Source: an uncultured Candidatus Rokubacteria bacterium (GTDB lineage Bacteria > Methylomirabilota > Methylomirabilia > Rokubacteriales > DASRDR01). From it: a DNA stretch of 64,000 bases. Position numbers and translations under genes: made by a program. Shown here in pieces: positions 12,032 to 20,835 of the stretch; position 1 is the stretch's first letter; each line of letters begins with the position of its first letter. The stretch spans positions 96,001 to 160,000 of the forward strand of contig CAWGVS010000002.1 in the NCBI GenBank assembly GCA_963826115.1, read 5' to 3'. The notes under the pieces are model-generated. The model made no database searches. It had not been told where the DNA came from and saw nothing but the letters and a program-made list of their open reading frames with translations.

Positions 12032-12080
12032 TCAGCGGGGGCACGCAGCGGGGCGCGCGACCGGGCGCGGCCGCCGGGCG

Positions 12081-12299
12081 TCAGCGCGACGGCGCGGGGT
12101 GTCGCATGCGCGACTGGAGCGCGGCGACGACCTCGAGGCAGTCGTCGTCCACGAGGACCTGCGCGGTCCGCGCGCCCAGCGGGCGCTCGAAGCGTATCAG
12201 GCCGCCGTCCTCGTAGAGGGCCCAGCCCGGTCGGCGGCAGTCGAGGTAGTCGTCGGGGTCGAAGGCGAGCTGCCTCCGGGAGACCGTTGCGGCGGTCAT
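12081..12299 (-). CDS. Small hypothetical protein (72 aa)
   Basis: ATGA overlap with dcd-like stop; MTAATVSRRQLAFDPDDYLDC... Confidence 0.5.
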   Translation of the reverse strand: MTAATVSRRQLAFDPDDYLDCRRPGWALYEDGGLIRFERPLGARTAQVLVDDDCLEVVAALQSRMRHPAPSR

Positions 12300-12781
12300 C
12301 GGCGGCGCGCCTCGGCGGCGGACCCGGGCTCCCCGCGATGCGGTCGCACCGCCGGCTGGTCGAGCGAGTGGACGACGAGCTGGGCGAGGCGCATCCCGCA
12401 CTCGATCCGGACCGGCGTGTGGCGCGTGACGTTGCGGAGCTCGAGCGTCGCGACGCCGCACCAGCCGGGCTCGAGCCACGCGGTCATCGATTGCGCAAGG
12501 CCGTGGCTCTCCTTCGAGCTCTTGAGCGTGAGCTCGGCCGCATAGCCGCTCGGCACGGTCAGCCACTCGAGCGTCGGCACCATCGCGAGCTCTCCCGGCC
12601 TGAGCTCGACGGGCCCTGCGGTGAGGTCCACGGGCCGGAACTCTCCGGGGCCGACCTCGAGGAGCATCTCCCGCCCCACGCGCACGTCGATCGACGCGGG
12701 ATTGACCAGGTCGGGATCGGGCGCCGGGTCGCGGACGAGGTCGTTCAGGAGCTTCCAGAGGGACAGGTCGCCCAGCACCAT
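12296..12781 (-). CDS. dCTP deaminase/trimeric dUTPase-family protein, divergent active site
   Basis: GGAGG RBS; NPASIDVR, LKSS, EPGWCG, TLELRN, GMRLAQL. Confidence 0.75.
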   Translation of the reverse strand: MVLGDLSLWKLLNDLVRDPAPDPDLVNPASIDVRVGREMLLEVGPGEFRPVDLTAGPVELRPGELAMVPTLEWLTVPSGYAAELTLKSSKESHGLAQSMTAWLEPGWCGVATLELRNVTRHTPVRIECGMRLAQLVVHSLDQPAVRPHRGEPGSAAEARRR

Positions 12782-12804
12782 GCTCGCCTCCCACCCCGGA
12801 TCGA

Positions 12805-12820
12805 GGCAAGGCCTGTGCCA
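12805..12820 (-). promoter_or_regulatory. sigma54 (-24/-12) promoter
   Basis: Minus strand TGGCACAGGCCTTGCC = TGGCAC-N5-TTGC consensus, about 24 nt upstream of the dcd-like ATG. Confidence 0.7.
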
Positions 12821-13042
12821 GCGGAGGCACGGGCGACACCCACGGCCGGGGACTCAGGCCCGACGGTCCGTCCGGTCGATCCGGCCTGTAGAGTCAAGAG
12901 GTTGAGCCCTGTCTGGCTCTGCCGGCGGACAGTGCTCCGGGCGTGACACCCGTGACGCGTTGACGCGTGGCCGGCCAAACGACCCAATCTTGACGCGCCC
13001 GGGTCGATCCTCGGCCATCTACCCCGGCGTCCGTCCGCGCGG

Positions 13043-13462
13043 TCAGAGCGCCTTGCGGAAGAAGAGCCGCCGCGATCCCGCCGGCCAGCCCGGCAGGTCG
13101 CCGATCTGCTCGTAGCCGAGGCGGCGGTAGAAACCGGGCGCCTGGTAGGCGTGGGTGTCGAGCTGCATCTCCCGGCAGCCGCGGCCAGCAGCCTCCCGCT
13201 CGGCCGCCTCGAGGAGCCGCGCCCCGAGTCCCTGACCCCGGAGGTCCTCCCGGACCCACAGCGTTCGCACGAAGCCAGTGCCGCCCCAGGTCCATCCGTG
13301 GAGGCCGGCCGTGACGGCGCCGGCGGCGTCACGCACGAAGATCGCGAGCCAGCGCCCGTCATCGCAGCCGGTCACCGCCGCGCTGTGACGGTAGAGGTGC
13401 TCGCCGAGCGCCGCCACCTCTTCCAGGCGCGGCTCCGACTCGATCCGGAGATCCTCGTCCAT
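13043..13462 (-). CDS. GNAT N-acetyltransferase
   Basis: LWVREDLRGQGLG motif A; APGFYRRLGY. Confidence 0.9.
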   Translation of the reverse strand: MDEDLRIESEPRLEEVAALGEHLYRHSAAVTGCDDGRWLAIFVRDAAGAVTAGLHGWTWGGTGFVRTLWVREDLRGQGLGARLLEAAEREAAGRGCREMQLDTHAYQAPGFYRRLGYEQIGDLPGWPAGSRRLFFRKAL

Positions 13463-13498
13463 GACCGCCTCCCTGGCTCGGCCGCGGCCGCGCGCGGG

Positions 13499-13990
13499 TC
13501 AGGCCTGGCCGCGCTCCGGCTCGAACGCCCGGACCGACGCCTCCTGGACGTGGTTCCGGAAGGCGATCGGGTCGTGCACCCGGAGGAAGACCTCGCGCGC
13601 GCCGCCGGTGCCGGTGACGACCAGGTCGCCGTAGTTGAAGAGGCGCCCGAGGAGCTTCTGCTGGACGCCGATCGACTCCACCTTGCCGAGAAGGAGCTCG
13701 GTCGTGTACCGGGCCACGATCCCGACCTTGAAGATGAGCCGCGTGGTCGTGACCGCGAACTCCGAGGTCAGAAGCTCGATGGTGTGGATCCCGCTCCAGG
13801 CGAGACCGGCGACGATCACGAGGAGCGTGAGGTACCAGATCCACTCGATCCGCGTGAGGGCGCCGACCGCCACGGTCAGCACGAGCGCGAAGAGCGTCAT
13901 CAGGACGGGCCGCGCGAACAGGATCCAGTGGAGGCGGGTCTTGTAGATCACCCGCTCGTTCGGCAGGAGATGGCGCTCGACGTACCCCAC
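13499..13990 (-). CDS. Membrane protein with bacterial PH domain
   Basis: Two TM helices; EFAVTTTRLIFKVG, KVESIGVQQ, GRLFNYGDLVVTGTG. Confidence 0.85.
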   Translation of the reverse strand: MGYVERHLLPNERVIYKTRLHWILFARPVLMTLFALVLTVAVGALTRIEWIWYLTLLVIVAGLAWSGIHTIELLTSEFAVTTTRLIFKVGIVARYTTELLLGKVESIGVQQKLLGRLFNYGDLVVTGTGGAREVFLRVHDPIAFRNHVQEASVRAFEPERGQA

Positions 13991-14063
13991 GGCTCGCTCC
14001 TCCGGCGCCCGACCGCGAGCGGGCCGCCGGGCGCGAGGATAGCCCGGGCCGCGCCGCGCGGCA

Positions 14064-14169
14064 ACGCGCGCGGCCAGCGCGTCGACCTCACCACCTGATG
14101 GGCGGACATTTTCACGGCGCAGTTAGACGGACATTTCTACTCGACAGCGACACGCGCGCGGCCAGCGCG
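14064..14169. mobile_element. Miniature IS-end relic flanked by 17-18 bp direct repeats
   Basis: ACGCGCGCGGCCAGCGCG at 14064-14081 and 14152-14169 flank a segment with two CGGACATTT repeats that ends in GACA. Confidence 0.6.
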
Positions 14170-14264
14170 CCGCGCGGGCACGCGCGCCTCGACCCCCGGA
14201 GAGCCGCGTGCTAGCATTCCTTCGCTTCGCCCATCTTCCGCTCGCTCGAGGAGGTCACTCCGCG

Positions 14265-15386
14265 ATGGCCCGCACCGGCAAGGCCGCCGTGTTCCACGGT
14301 CCGGGGAAGCCGTTCGAGCTCCGCGAGCTCGCGCTCCCCGAGCTCGAGCCCGGCGCCGTCCTCGTCCGCGTGACGCTCGCCAACATCTGCGGCTCGGACC
14401 TCCACTTCTGGCGCGGGGACGCGCCGCTGGCGCTCCCGCCCGACGGCTGGATCTTCGGCCACGAGATGACGGGCCGCGTGGCGGGGCTCGGCGCCGGCGT
14501 CACGACCGACTCGCTCGGGCAGCCGCTCCGCGAGGGCGACCGCGTCGCGTACTGCTACTTCTACCCGTGCGGCCGCTGCTACGTGTGCCTCCACGGCCAG
14601 CGGGCCGCCTGCCCCCAGAAGGTCGGGCGCGCGACGGGCCCGGGCGAGTTCCCGCACTGGGTCGGCGCGTTCGCCGAGTACTACTACATCCGCCCCGGCG
14701 GCTTCGTCTTCCGCGTCCCCGACGACCTGCCGGATTCGCTCGTCTCCCCCGTGAACTGCGCGCTCTCGCAGGTTCTCTTCGGGCTCACGCGCGCCGGGCT
14801 CGGGTTCGGCGAGAGCGTGGTCATCCAGGGCGCGGGCGGCCTCGGGATCCAGGCGGTGGCCGTGGCGAAGGAGATGGGGGCGGGCACGGTGATCGTGATC
14901 GACCAGCTCGCCGAGCGGCTCGCGCTCGCCCGCGCGTTCGGCGCCGACCACACGCTCCACCTCGGCGAGGTCCCCGACCGGCGGGCGCGGATCAAGCAGG
15001 TGCGGGACTGGACGGGCGGCCGGGGCGCGGACCTCGCCTGCGACTTCGTGGGCTTCCCGCCGGTCGTGCCCGAGGGCGTCGAGATGCTGCGCTACGGCGG
15101 GCGCTACCTCGAGATCGGCTGCATCAGCCGGGGGCGCACGGTCGAGTTCGACCCCTCCGCGCTCGTCTGGGGATCGAAGTCGATCCTCGGCGTCGTGATG
15201 TACGACCCATGGGTCATCCCGCGGGCGCTCGAGTTCCTGCAGCGGTCACGCGCCCGCTATCCGTTCGATCGGCTCGTCTCCCACACGTATCCCCTCGACC
15301 GGATCGACGAGGCCTTCCGGGACGCCGAGTGGTACAACCGCGAGGCGGTCCCCAGCCGGATCACCCGCGCCGCGCTGGCGCCGTAG
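14265..15386 (+). CDS. Zinc-binding alcohol dehydrogenase (MDR family)
   Basis: GAGGAGG RBS; ICGSDLH, GHE, CGRCYVC...C, GAGGLG. Confidence 0.92.
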   Translation: MARTGKAAVFHGPGKPFELRELALPELEPGAVLVRVTLANICGSDLHFWRGDAPLALPPDGWIFGHEMTGRVAGLGAGVTTDSLGQPLREGDRVAYCYFYPCGRCYVCLHGQRAACPQKVGRATGPGEFPHWVGAFAEYYYIRPGGFVFRVPDDLPDSLVSPVNCALSQVLFGLTRAGLGFGESVVIQGAGGLGIQAVAVAKEMGAGTVIVIDQLAERLALARAFGADHTLHLGEVPDRRARIKQVRDWTGGRGADLACDFVGFPPVVPEGVEMLRYGGRYLEIGCISRGRTVEFDPSALVWGSKSILGVVMYDPWVIPRALEFLQRSRARYPFDRLVSHTYPLDRIDEAFRDAEWYNREAVPSRITRAALAP

Positions 15387-15415
15387 CCCACCGGCACGCT
15401 CCGGCCCCCGGCCCG

Positions 15416-16582
15416 ATGACCGCCCGGCTGGTCCCGATCGGTCTCATCACGTTCGTCTTCAACCTGGGCGGCGGCCTGATCGCGCCGGCCTTGCCGCTCT
15501 ACGCGCGAGCGCTCGGCGCCGACTACCGGGACCTCGGCCTCATCGGCGCGAGCCACGGGCTCGCGTTCGCCCTCCTCACCATCCCGCTCGGGCGGGCGTC
15601 GGACCGCGTGGGCCGGCGGGCGATCCTCCTCGTGTCCGGGATCGGCGTGGGGGCGGCGGCCGTCGTCTACCTCGTGGCCGGCGGCGTCGCGGGCCTCGCC
15701 GCCGGGAAGCTCCTCGAGGCCGCCGCGTGGGCCGCGTTCTGGCCGACGCTCGAAGCCTGGATCGCCGAGCGCTTCGGCGAGCGGGCGGGCGCGGCCATGG
15801 GCGTCGCCTACGGCGCCTACGCGGCGGCCTTCGTCGTGGGGAGCTCCCTCGGGGGCTTCGTGATCGAGAGCTTCGGCCTCCGCGCGCCGTTCGCGCTCTA
15901 CATCGCGACGTCGGCCCTGTCGGTGCTCCTCGTGGCCGTCCTCGCCGGCGGCCAGACCGGGGATCCGGAGGTCGCCCGCCACGGCGTGGCGGTGACGCCC
16001 CGGATCGTCACCACCCAGCCCGCGCTGGCCCGGACCCGGCGTGGGCTCGCCTACCTGACGGGGTTCGTCTACGTCTACGGGCTCGGCACCGTGCTCGCGT
16101 TCCTCCCCGCCTTCGGCGCGGACCGGGCACTCTCGCCGCGCGGCGTGGGGCTCCTGATCGCGTCCTACTGGATCGCGCGCGTCGTCGGCTCGCTCGGCGC
16201 CGGCCGCGTCTCCGACACGGTCGGCCGGCGCCTCGTGCTCGTCCCCGCGATGCTCGTCATGACGGCCGGGACAGGACTCCTCGTCGCGCCGTTCGGCTTC
16301 GGGACGCTCTTCCTCGGCGCCGTGGCGCTCGGCCTCGCGGCCGGCGCCTCGGCGCCGACCTGCGTCGGCCTCATCGCGGACCACGTGAGCGCCGAGCAGC
16401 GGGGGACCGCCATGGGCCTCTTCGAGGCCGCCTGCGGCGTCTCCATCCTGGCGTCGGGGCTCGTGGGCGGATTCGCCGCGGAGGGGCTCGGCGGAGAGGC
16501 GCCGTACGTCATCGTGGGGCTCCTCGCCCTCGTCTGGGCGGGCGTGCTCGTCCGCCGCCTGCGTCCGGCCGCCTCCGCCTGA
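15416..16582 (+). CDS. MFS transporter
   Basis: About 12 TM helices; GRASDRVGRR and GRVSDTVGRR motif A. Confidence 0.9.
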   Translation: MTARLVPIGLITFVFNLGGGLIAPALPLYARALGADYRDLGLIGASHGLAFALLTIPLGRASDRVGRRAILLVSGIGVGAAAVVYLVAGGVAGLAAGKLLEAAAWAAFWPTLEAWIAERFGERAGAAMGVAYGAYAAAFVVGSSLGGFVIESFGLRAPFALYIATSALSVLLVAVLAGGQTGDPEVARHGVAVTPRIVTTQPALARTRRGLAYLTGFVYVYGLGTVLAFLPAFGADRALSPRGVGLLIASYWIARVVGSLGAGRVSDTVGRRLVLVPAMLVMTAGTGLLVAPFGFGTLFLGAVALGLAAGASAPTCVGLIADHVSAEQRGTAMGLFEAACGVSILASGLVGGFAAEGLGGEAPYVIVGLLALVWAGVLVRRLRPAASA

Positions 16583-16685
16583 TCGTACTGGTCCGGCACC
16601 GCCCCGTCTGATCGGAGAGACGCCGCCGGACCACGCGCCGTCGGGGGGGCGCGTCGATTCGCGGTTTTGCCGGTCGGTCCGCGGG

Positions 16686-16701
16686 TGGCACGCTCGCTGC
16701 T
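16686..16701 (+). promoter_or_regulatory. Candidate sigma54 promoter upstream of comEA-comEC
   Basis: TGGCACGCTCGCTGCT: GG-N10-GC spacing, one mismatch to TTGC. Confidence 0.5.
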
Positions 16702-16716
16702 CCTCCCGCGAAGACC

Positions 16717-17313
16717 ATGGACGCACGCCGGTGGCGTCGGCGCCTTCTCCGGCCGGCCCGACGGATCCTCCGTCGGGCCGCGTGGGCGGTCGCGGCCGCG
16801 GGCCAGCGGCTCGCCGAGCGGCTGGCCTATCGACCGCGCGAGGTCGTGGTGGTCGCGCTCCTCGCGGCCGGGCTCTTCGGCGGCCTCGCGATCGAGCGCG
16901 GGCGCGCCCGCCATCCCGCGATCGCGGAGCGGCTGGAGACGGAGCCCGCGCGACCGACCGCCGCGCCGCCAGTGCTCGCCGGGCCGCGAAGCCGCCCGCG
17001 CGCCGTCGCGTCCCGCTGCGAGGCGCCGGACGCGCGACCCGGGCGCGACCCCTGGCCCCTGACGGTCCGCCCGGCGCCGCGCCTCGATCTGAACCGCGCG
17101 ACGCCGGCGGAGCTCGCACGCGTGGCCGGCATCAGCTGGCGGCTCGCGGCGCGGATCGTCGCCGCGCGGGACGCCTTCGAGGGACGCGAGGTCCCCGCAG
17201 CTCCGTCCGACGAGGCGGCGGCGGAGGTCCCCTCCGCGCCGGCCGACGCGGCGCCCGAGCCCGCCCCGTCCCCACCGGACTCGGCGCCGCCGGCGGACGC
17301 GGAGCCGTCCTGA
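16717..17313 (+). CDS. comEA: ComEA-like membrane-anchored helix-hairpin-helix DNA-binding protein
   Basis: TM helix; LDLNRATPAELARVAGISWRLAARIV HhH; directly upstream of comEC. Confidence 0.65.
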   Translation: MDARRWRRRLLRPARRILRRAAWAVAAAGQRLAERLAYRPREVVVVALLAAGLFGGLAIERGRARHPAIAERLETEPARPTAAPPVLAGPRSRPRAVASRCEAPDARPGRDPWPLTVRPAPRLDLNRATPAELARVAGISWRLAARIVAARDAFEGREVPAAPSDEAAAEVPSAPADAAPEPAPSPPDSAPPADAEPS

Positions 17314-19643
17314 GCGCGCCGCTCCTGCCGCTCGCGCTCGCCTTCGCGCTCGGCGCGGCGCTGGGCCTCGTCGTCGAGGCCCCCCGCTGGCTCGGCCCGG
17401 TGGGCCTCGCCCTCGTCGCGCTCCTTCTCGCGACGGGGCGCGGGCGGTCGCTCGCCGCCGCGGGACCCGGCGTGGTGGTGCTGCTGGTGCTCACGGGCTG
17501 GGCGCGCGTGGCGCTGCCCGATCCATTCCCCCCGGTGCGCGGGATCGCGCCCGGCCCGGCCGTGCTCGAGGGCCTGGTCGCGGGCCCCGCGGAGGTGGAG
17601 GGCCCGCGGACGCGGATCCCGCTGGTCCTGACGGCGGCGGGGAGCCCGCCCGCGCGTCCGGCCAGCGGCGCCCTCTCGCTGTCGCTCTACGGCGGCGCGC
17701 CCGTCCTCGCGCCCGGCGCCCACGTCCGCGTCGCCGGCGAGGTGCGGACCTTCGAGCCATTCCGGAATCCTGGCATCGAGCCGCGCGCGGGCGGGCCGCG
17801 CACGCCCCGCTACTTCGCGACGGCGCGCGGGAGCGGCGTCGAGCTCCTGCCACCCGCACCGCTCCCCTGGTGGCTCCGCACGCGGCTCTGGATCCACGCG
17901 GTCATCGAGTCGCACCTGCCGCCGGTATCCGGCGCGCTCCTCGAGGGACTCCTCATCGGGGAGCGGCGCCAGCTCCCGCCGACCCTCCTGGCGGACTTCC
18001 GGCAGGCGGGGGTCTACCACGTCCTCGCCATCTCGGGCTTCAACGTCGCGCTGGTCGCGGGCTCGGCGTTTCTCCTCTTCCGCCTCGCGCGGCTCCCCGC
18101 GCCGCTCGCGGCGGGCCTCGCGCTCGGGACGCTGCTCGCCTTCGCCGCCGTCGTCGGCGGCCAGCCCTCGGTCCTGCGGGCGACGGTCATGGGCGGGCTC
18201 TTCCTGGCCGCGAGCCTCCTCGGGCGCGAGAGCCGCGTGTGGAACAGCCTCGCCGCCGCCCTCCTCGCGCTCCTGCTCCTCGATCCCGGGAGCCTCCTCG
18301 AGCCGGGCCTCCAGCTCTCGTTCGCGGCCACGGCCGGCCTTCTCCACCTCGGGCCGTGGATCCGCCGGGGGCTCGCGCCCTGGTGCCCGGGGCCGATCGC
18401 GAGCCTGCTCGCCGCGTCCACGGGAGCCCAGCTCGGCGTCACGCCGGTGATGCTCTTCCACTTCGGTCAGCTGTCCCCGCTCGGCGTCGGCGCGAACCTC
18501 GTCGTCGTCCCGCTCGCCGCCCTCCTCACGACGGGCGGCGTCCTCACGCTCGCGGTGGCGGCCGTCAGCGAGCCCGTCGCCCATCCCCTCTTCCAGAGCC
18601 TCTGGCTCCTGCTCGTCGTCCTGCGCCTGGCCGTGCGCGCGCTCGCCGCGCTCCCGGGCGCGGTCGTCTACGTGGCGCCGCCGCCCGTGCTCGCGCTCCT
18701 GGCGCTCGGGCTCGTCTTGCTCGCGCTCCCCCGGGCGCGCGGGCGCGTCGCCTGGCTCGGGATCACCGCGCTCACCCTCGGCGCGGGCGTCGCGACGGTC
18801 CTCGCCGCCCGGCCGGACGGCCTCGCCCACGTGATCGTCCTCGACGTCGGGCACGGCGAGGCGATCCTCGTGCGGGCCCCGAACGGTCCGGCGCTCCTCG
18901 TGGACACCGGCGGCGGCGGGGCCGGGCGCGGAGACCGCGGGGAGCGGGTGGTCGTGCCGGCGCTCCGCCGCCTCGGGATCCGGCGGCTCGCCGCCCTCGC
19001 CCTCACCGAGGGCGCCCCTGACCGCGCGGGCGGTCTGCCCGGGCTCCTCGAGGGGATCGCGATCGACGAGGTGTGGATTCCGGCAGGGGCCGAGGCGGCG
19101 CCCTGGGTCGCGCCCGCCGCTCTGCGGGGCATTCCGCGGCGCGTTCTTGCGCGCGGCGATCGGCTCAGGCTCGGCCCCCTCGACCTCACCGTGCTCCACC
19201 CGGGCCGCGCCGACACGGACGGGGCGTCCACGGCGCCGGACGCGCGCGAGGCGCCGCTCCTCCTCCGCGTCGACTGGGGGCGCTTCGGGGCAGTGCTGGC
19301 CACGGGCGCCGGCCGTGGGGCCGAGGCCGCGACGCTTCGCGCCGGGGCGCCGCTCGCCGCCACGGCGCTAAAGGTGAGCGGGAACGGGAGCGCCCGGGGC
19401 TCCCCGGGGCCCTTCCTCGCCGCGGTGGGCCCGCGGGTCGCCGTCATCTCGGTGGGGGCGCGGAATCCGTTCGGGCACCCCGCGCCGGCCCTGCTCGGGC
19501 GGCTCGCCGCGGCGGGCGCGCGGGTCTATCGCACGGATCGGGACGGCGCCGTCGACATCGCGAGCGACGGACGCCGGGTGTGGGTGCGGGCCTGGGCCCG
19601 GCCGGGCCCGCCGGTCGAAATCCCCCTCGGGACCGGGCCGTGA
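17310..19643 (+). CDS. comEC: ComEC/Rec2 DNA uptake channel protein
   Basis: GVYHVLAISGFNV, PSVLRA, GLQLSF, LDVGHGEAI, ISVGARNPFGHP, RTDRDGA; probable CTG start overlapping the comEA stop. Confidence 0.88.
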   Translation: MSAPLLPLALAFALGAALGLVVEAPRWLGPVGLALVALLLATGRGRSLAAAGPGVVVLLVLTGWARVALPDPFPPVRGIAPGPAVLEGLVAGPAEVEGPRTRIPLVLTAAGSPPARPASGALSLSLYGGAPVLAPGAHVRVAGEVRTFEPFRNPGIEPRAGGPRTPRYFATARGSGVELLPPAPLPWWLRTRLWIHAVIESHLPPVSGALLEGLLIGERRQLPPTLLADFRQAGVYHVLAISGFNVALVAGSAFLLFRLARLPAPLAAGLALGTLLAFAAVVGGQPSVLRATVMGGLFLAASLLGRESRVWNSLAAALLALLLLDPGSLLEPGLQLSFAATAGLLHLGPWIRRGLAPWCPGPIASLLAASTGAQLGVTPVMLFHFGQLSPLGVGANLVVVPLAALLTTGGVLTLAVAAVSEPVAHPLFQSLWLLLVVLRLAVRALAALPGAVVYVAPPPVLALLALGLVLLALPRARGRVAWLGITALTLGAGVATVLAARPDGLAHVIVLDVGHGEAILVRAPNGPALLVDTGGGGAGRGDRGERVVVPALRRLGIRRLAALALTEGAPDRAGGLPGLLEGIAIDEVWIPAGAEAAPWVAPAALRGIPRRVLARGDRLRLGPLDLTVLHPGRADTDGASTAPDAREAPLLLRVDWGRFGAVLATGAGRGAEAATLRAGAPLAATALKVSGNGSARGSPGPFLAAVGPRVAVISVGARNPFGHPAPALLGRLAAAGARVYRTDRDGAVDIASDGRRVWVRAWARPGPPVEIPLGTGP

Positions 19644-19658
19644 CGGCCCGGGAGACCG

Positions 19659-20651
19659 CTAGGCCTCGAAGGCGCGCTCGCGCTGGGCCCGGAGCCGCTC
19701 GAGCTCGGCCGCGTCGAGGCGCATGCCGAGGGACAGGTTCATGTCCGTCAGGATCGTCTTGATCTCGTTGAGCGACTTCTTGCCGAAGTTCTTGGTCTTC
19801 AGGAGCTCGGCCTCGCTCTTCTGCACGAGGTCCGCGATCGTGCGGATGTTCGCCGTCTTGAGGCAGTTGTAGGCGCGCACCGAGAGCTCGAGCTCATCCA
19901 CGCTCCGGAAGAGGTTCTCGTTCAGCTCGAGGCTGATCTCGGTCTTCGGGTCCTCCTCGGACTCGAGACCGGTCGGGAAGCGGCAGAGAAGGTTGAAGTG
20001 GTCCTCCAGGATGAGGGCCGCCTCGCCGACCGCGTCCTCGGGCGACACGCTGCCGTTCGTCCAGAGCTCGAGCACCAGCCGCTCGGCGCCCGGCTTCCGC
20101 TTGGCGGGCTCCACCTGGAAGTTCACCTTCTTGACGGGGGAGAAGTCTGCGTCCATCGCGAGCGCGTTGATGGACAGCGTCTCCGACTCCACCTTGTCCG
20201 CGGGCACGTAGCCGCGCCCCTTCTCGACGTGGACCTCCATCTCGAGGGTCACGTCGCGCTCGAGCGTGGCGAGCGGCTGCTCCGGGTTGAGGATCACGAG
20301 GTCGTGGTCCGTCTCGAAGTCGCTGGCCTTGGCGACGGCCGGCCCGGTCACCCGCAGGCGGATCAGGCGGCTCCGCTCCCCGTGGAGCTTGAAGACCACC
20401 CTCCGGAGGCTGGACAGGATGTCGAGGGAGTCCTCGGTGGCGCCCGTGAGGAAGGAGAACTCGTGGAGCACCCCGTCGATCTTGATCCACGTCGGAGCCG
20501 CGCCCTCGATCGAGGACAGGAGCACCCGGCGGAACGCGTTGCCGACGGTCAGGGCGAAGCCGGGCTCGAAGGGCTCGACCACGAACACGCCGTGATCGGG
20601 CTGGACCTCCTGCCACTCGTGCTTGCGGGGAAGCTGGATCGCGGTGGTCAT
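19659..20651 (-). CDS. rpoA: RNA polymerase alpha subunit, stand-alone divergent paralogue
   Basis: [55 protein letters not shown]; GAGGAGG RBS; no rpsD or rplQ neighbours. Confidence 0.93.
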   Translation of the reverse strand: MTTAIQLPRKHEWQEVQPDHGVFVVEPFEPGFALTVGNAFRRVLLSSIEGAAPTWIKIDGVLHEFSFLTGATEDSLDILSSLRRVVFKLHGERSRLIRLRVTGPAVAKASDFETDHDLVILNPEQPLATLERDVTLEMEVHVEKGRGYVPADKVESETLSINALAMDADFSPVKKVNFQVEPAKRKPGAERLVLELWTNGSVSPEDAVGEAALILEDHFNLLCRFPTGLESEEDPKTEISLELNENLFRSVDELELSVRAYNCLKTANIRTIADLVQKSEAELLKTKNFGKKSLNEIKTILTDMNLSLGMRLDAAELERLRAQRERAFEA

Positions 20652-20696
20652 GAAACCTCCTCAAGTGACACTGGGCGGGGTCAGGGACGAACGCAC

Positions 20697-20702
20697 ATTA
20701 TA
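20697..20702 (-). promoter_or_regulatory. -10 element for rpoA paralogue
   Basis: Minus strand TATAAT about 45 nt upstream of ATG. Confidence 0.55.
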
Positions 20703-20751
20703 GCGGAGGCTCTCGCGGTGGGGAAGTCCCCCGGCCCTGGGCGACCCGAAA

Positions 20752-20780
20752 TTGACAGGGGTCTCGGAAGCTCTTAGAAT
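20752..20780 (+). promoter_or_regulatory. sigma70 promoter for the mltG operon
   Basis: TTGACA-N17-TAGAAT. Confidence 0.75.
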
Positions 20781-20835
20781 CAAACGGAATCTCGATATCG
20801 GCGCGGTCCCGTAGCGATCCGTGCGCCCAGACCTC

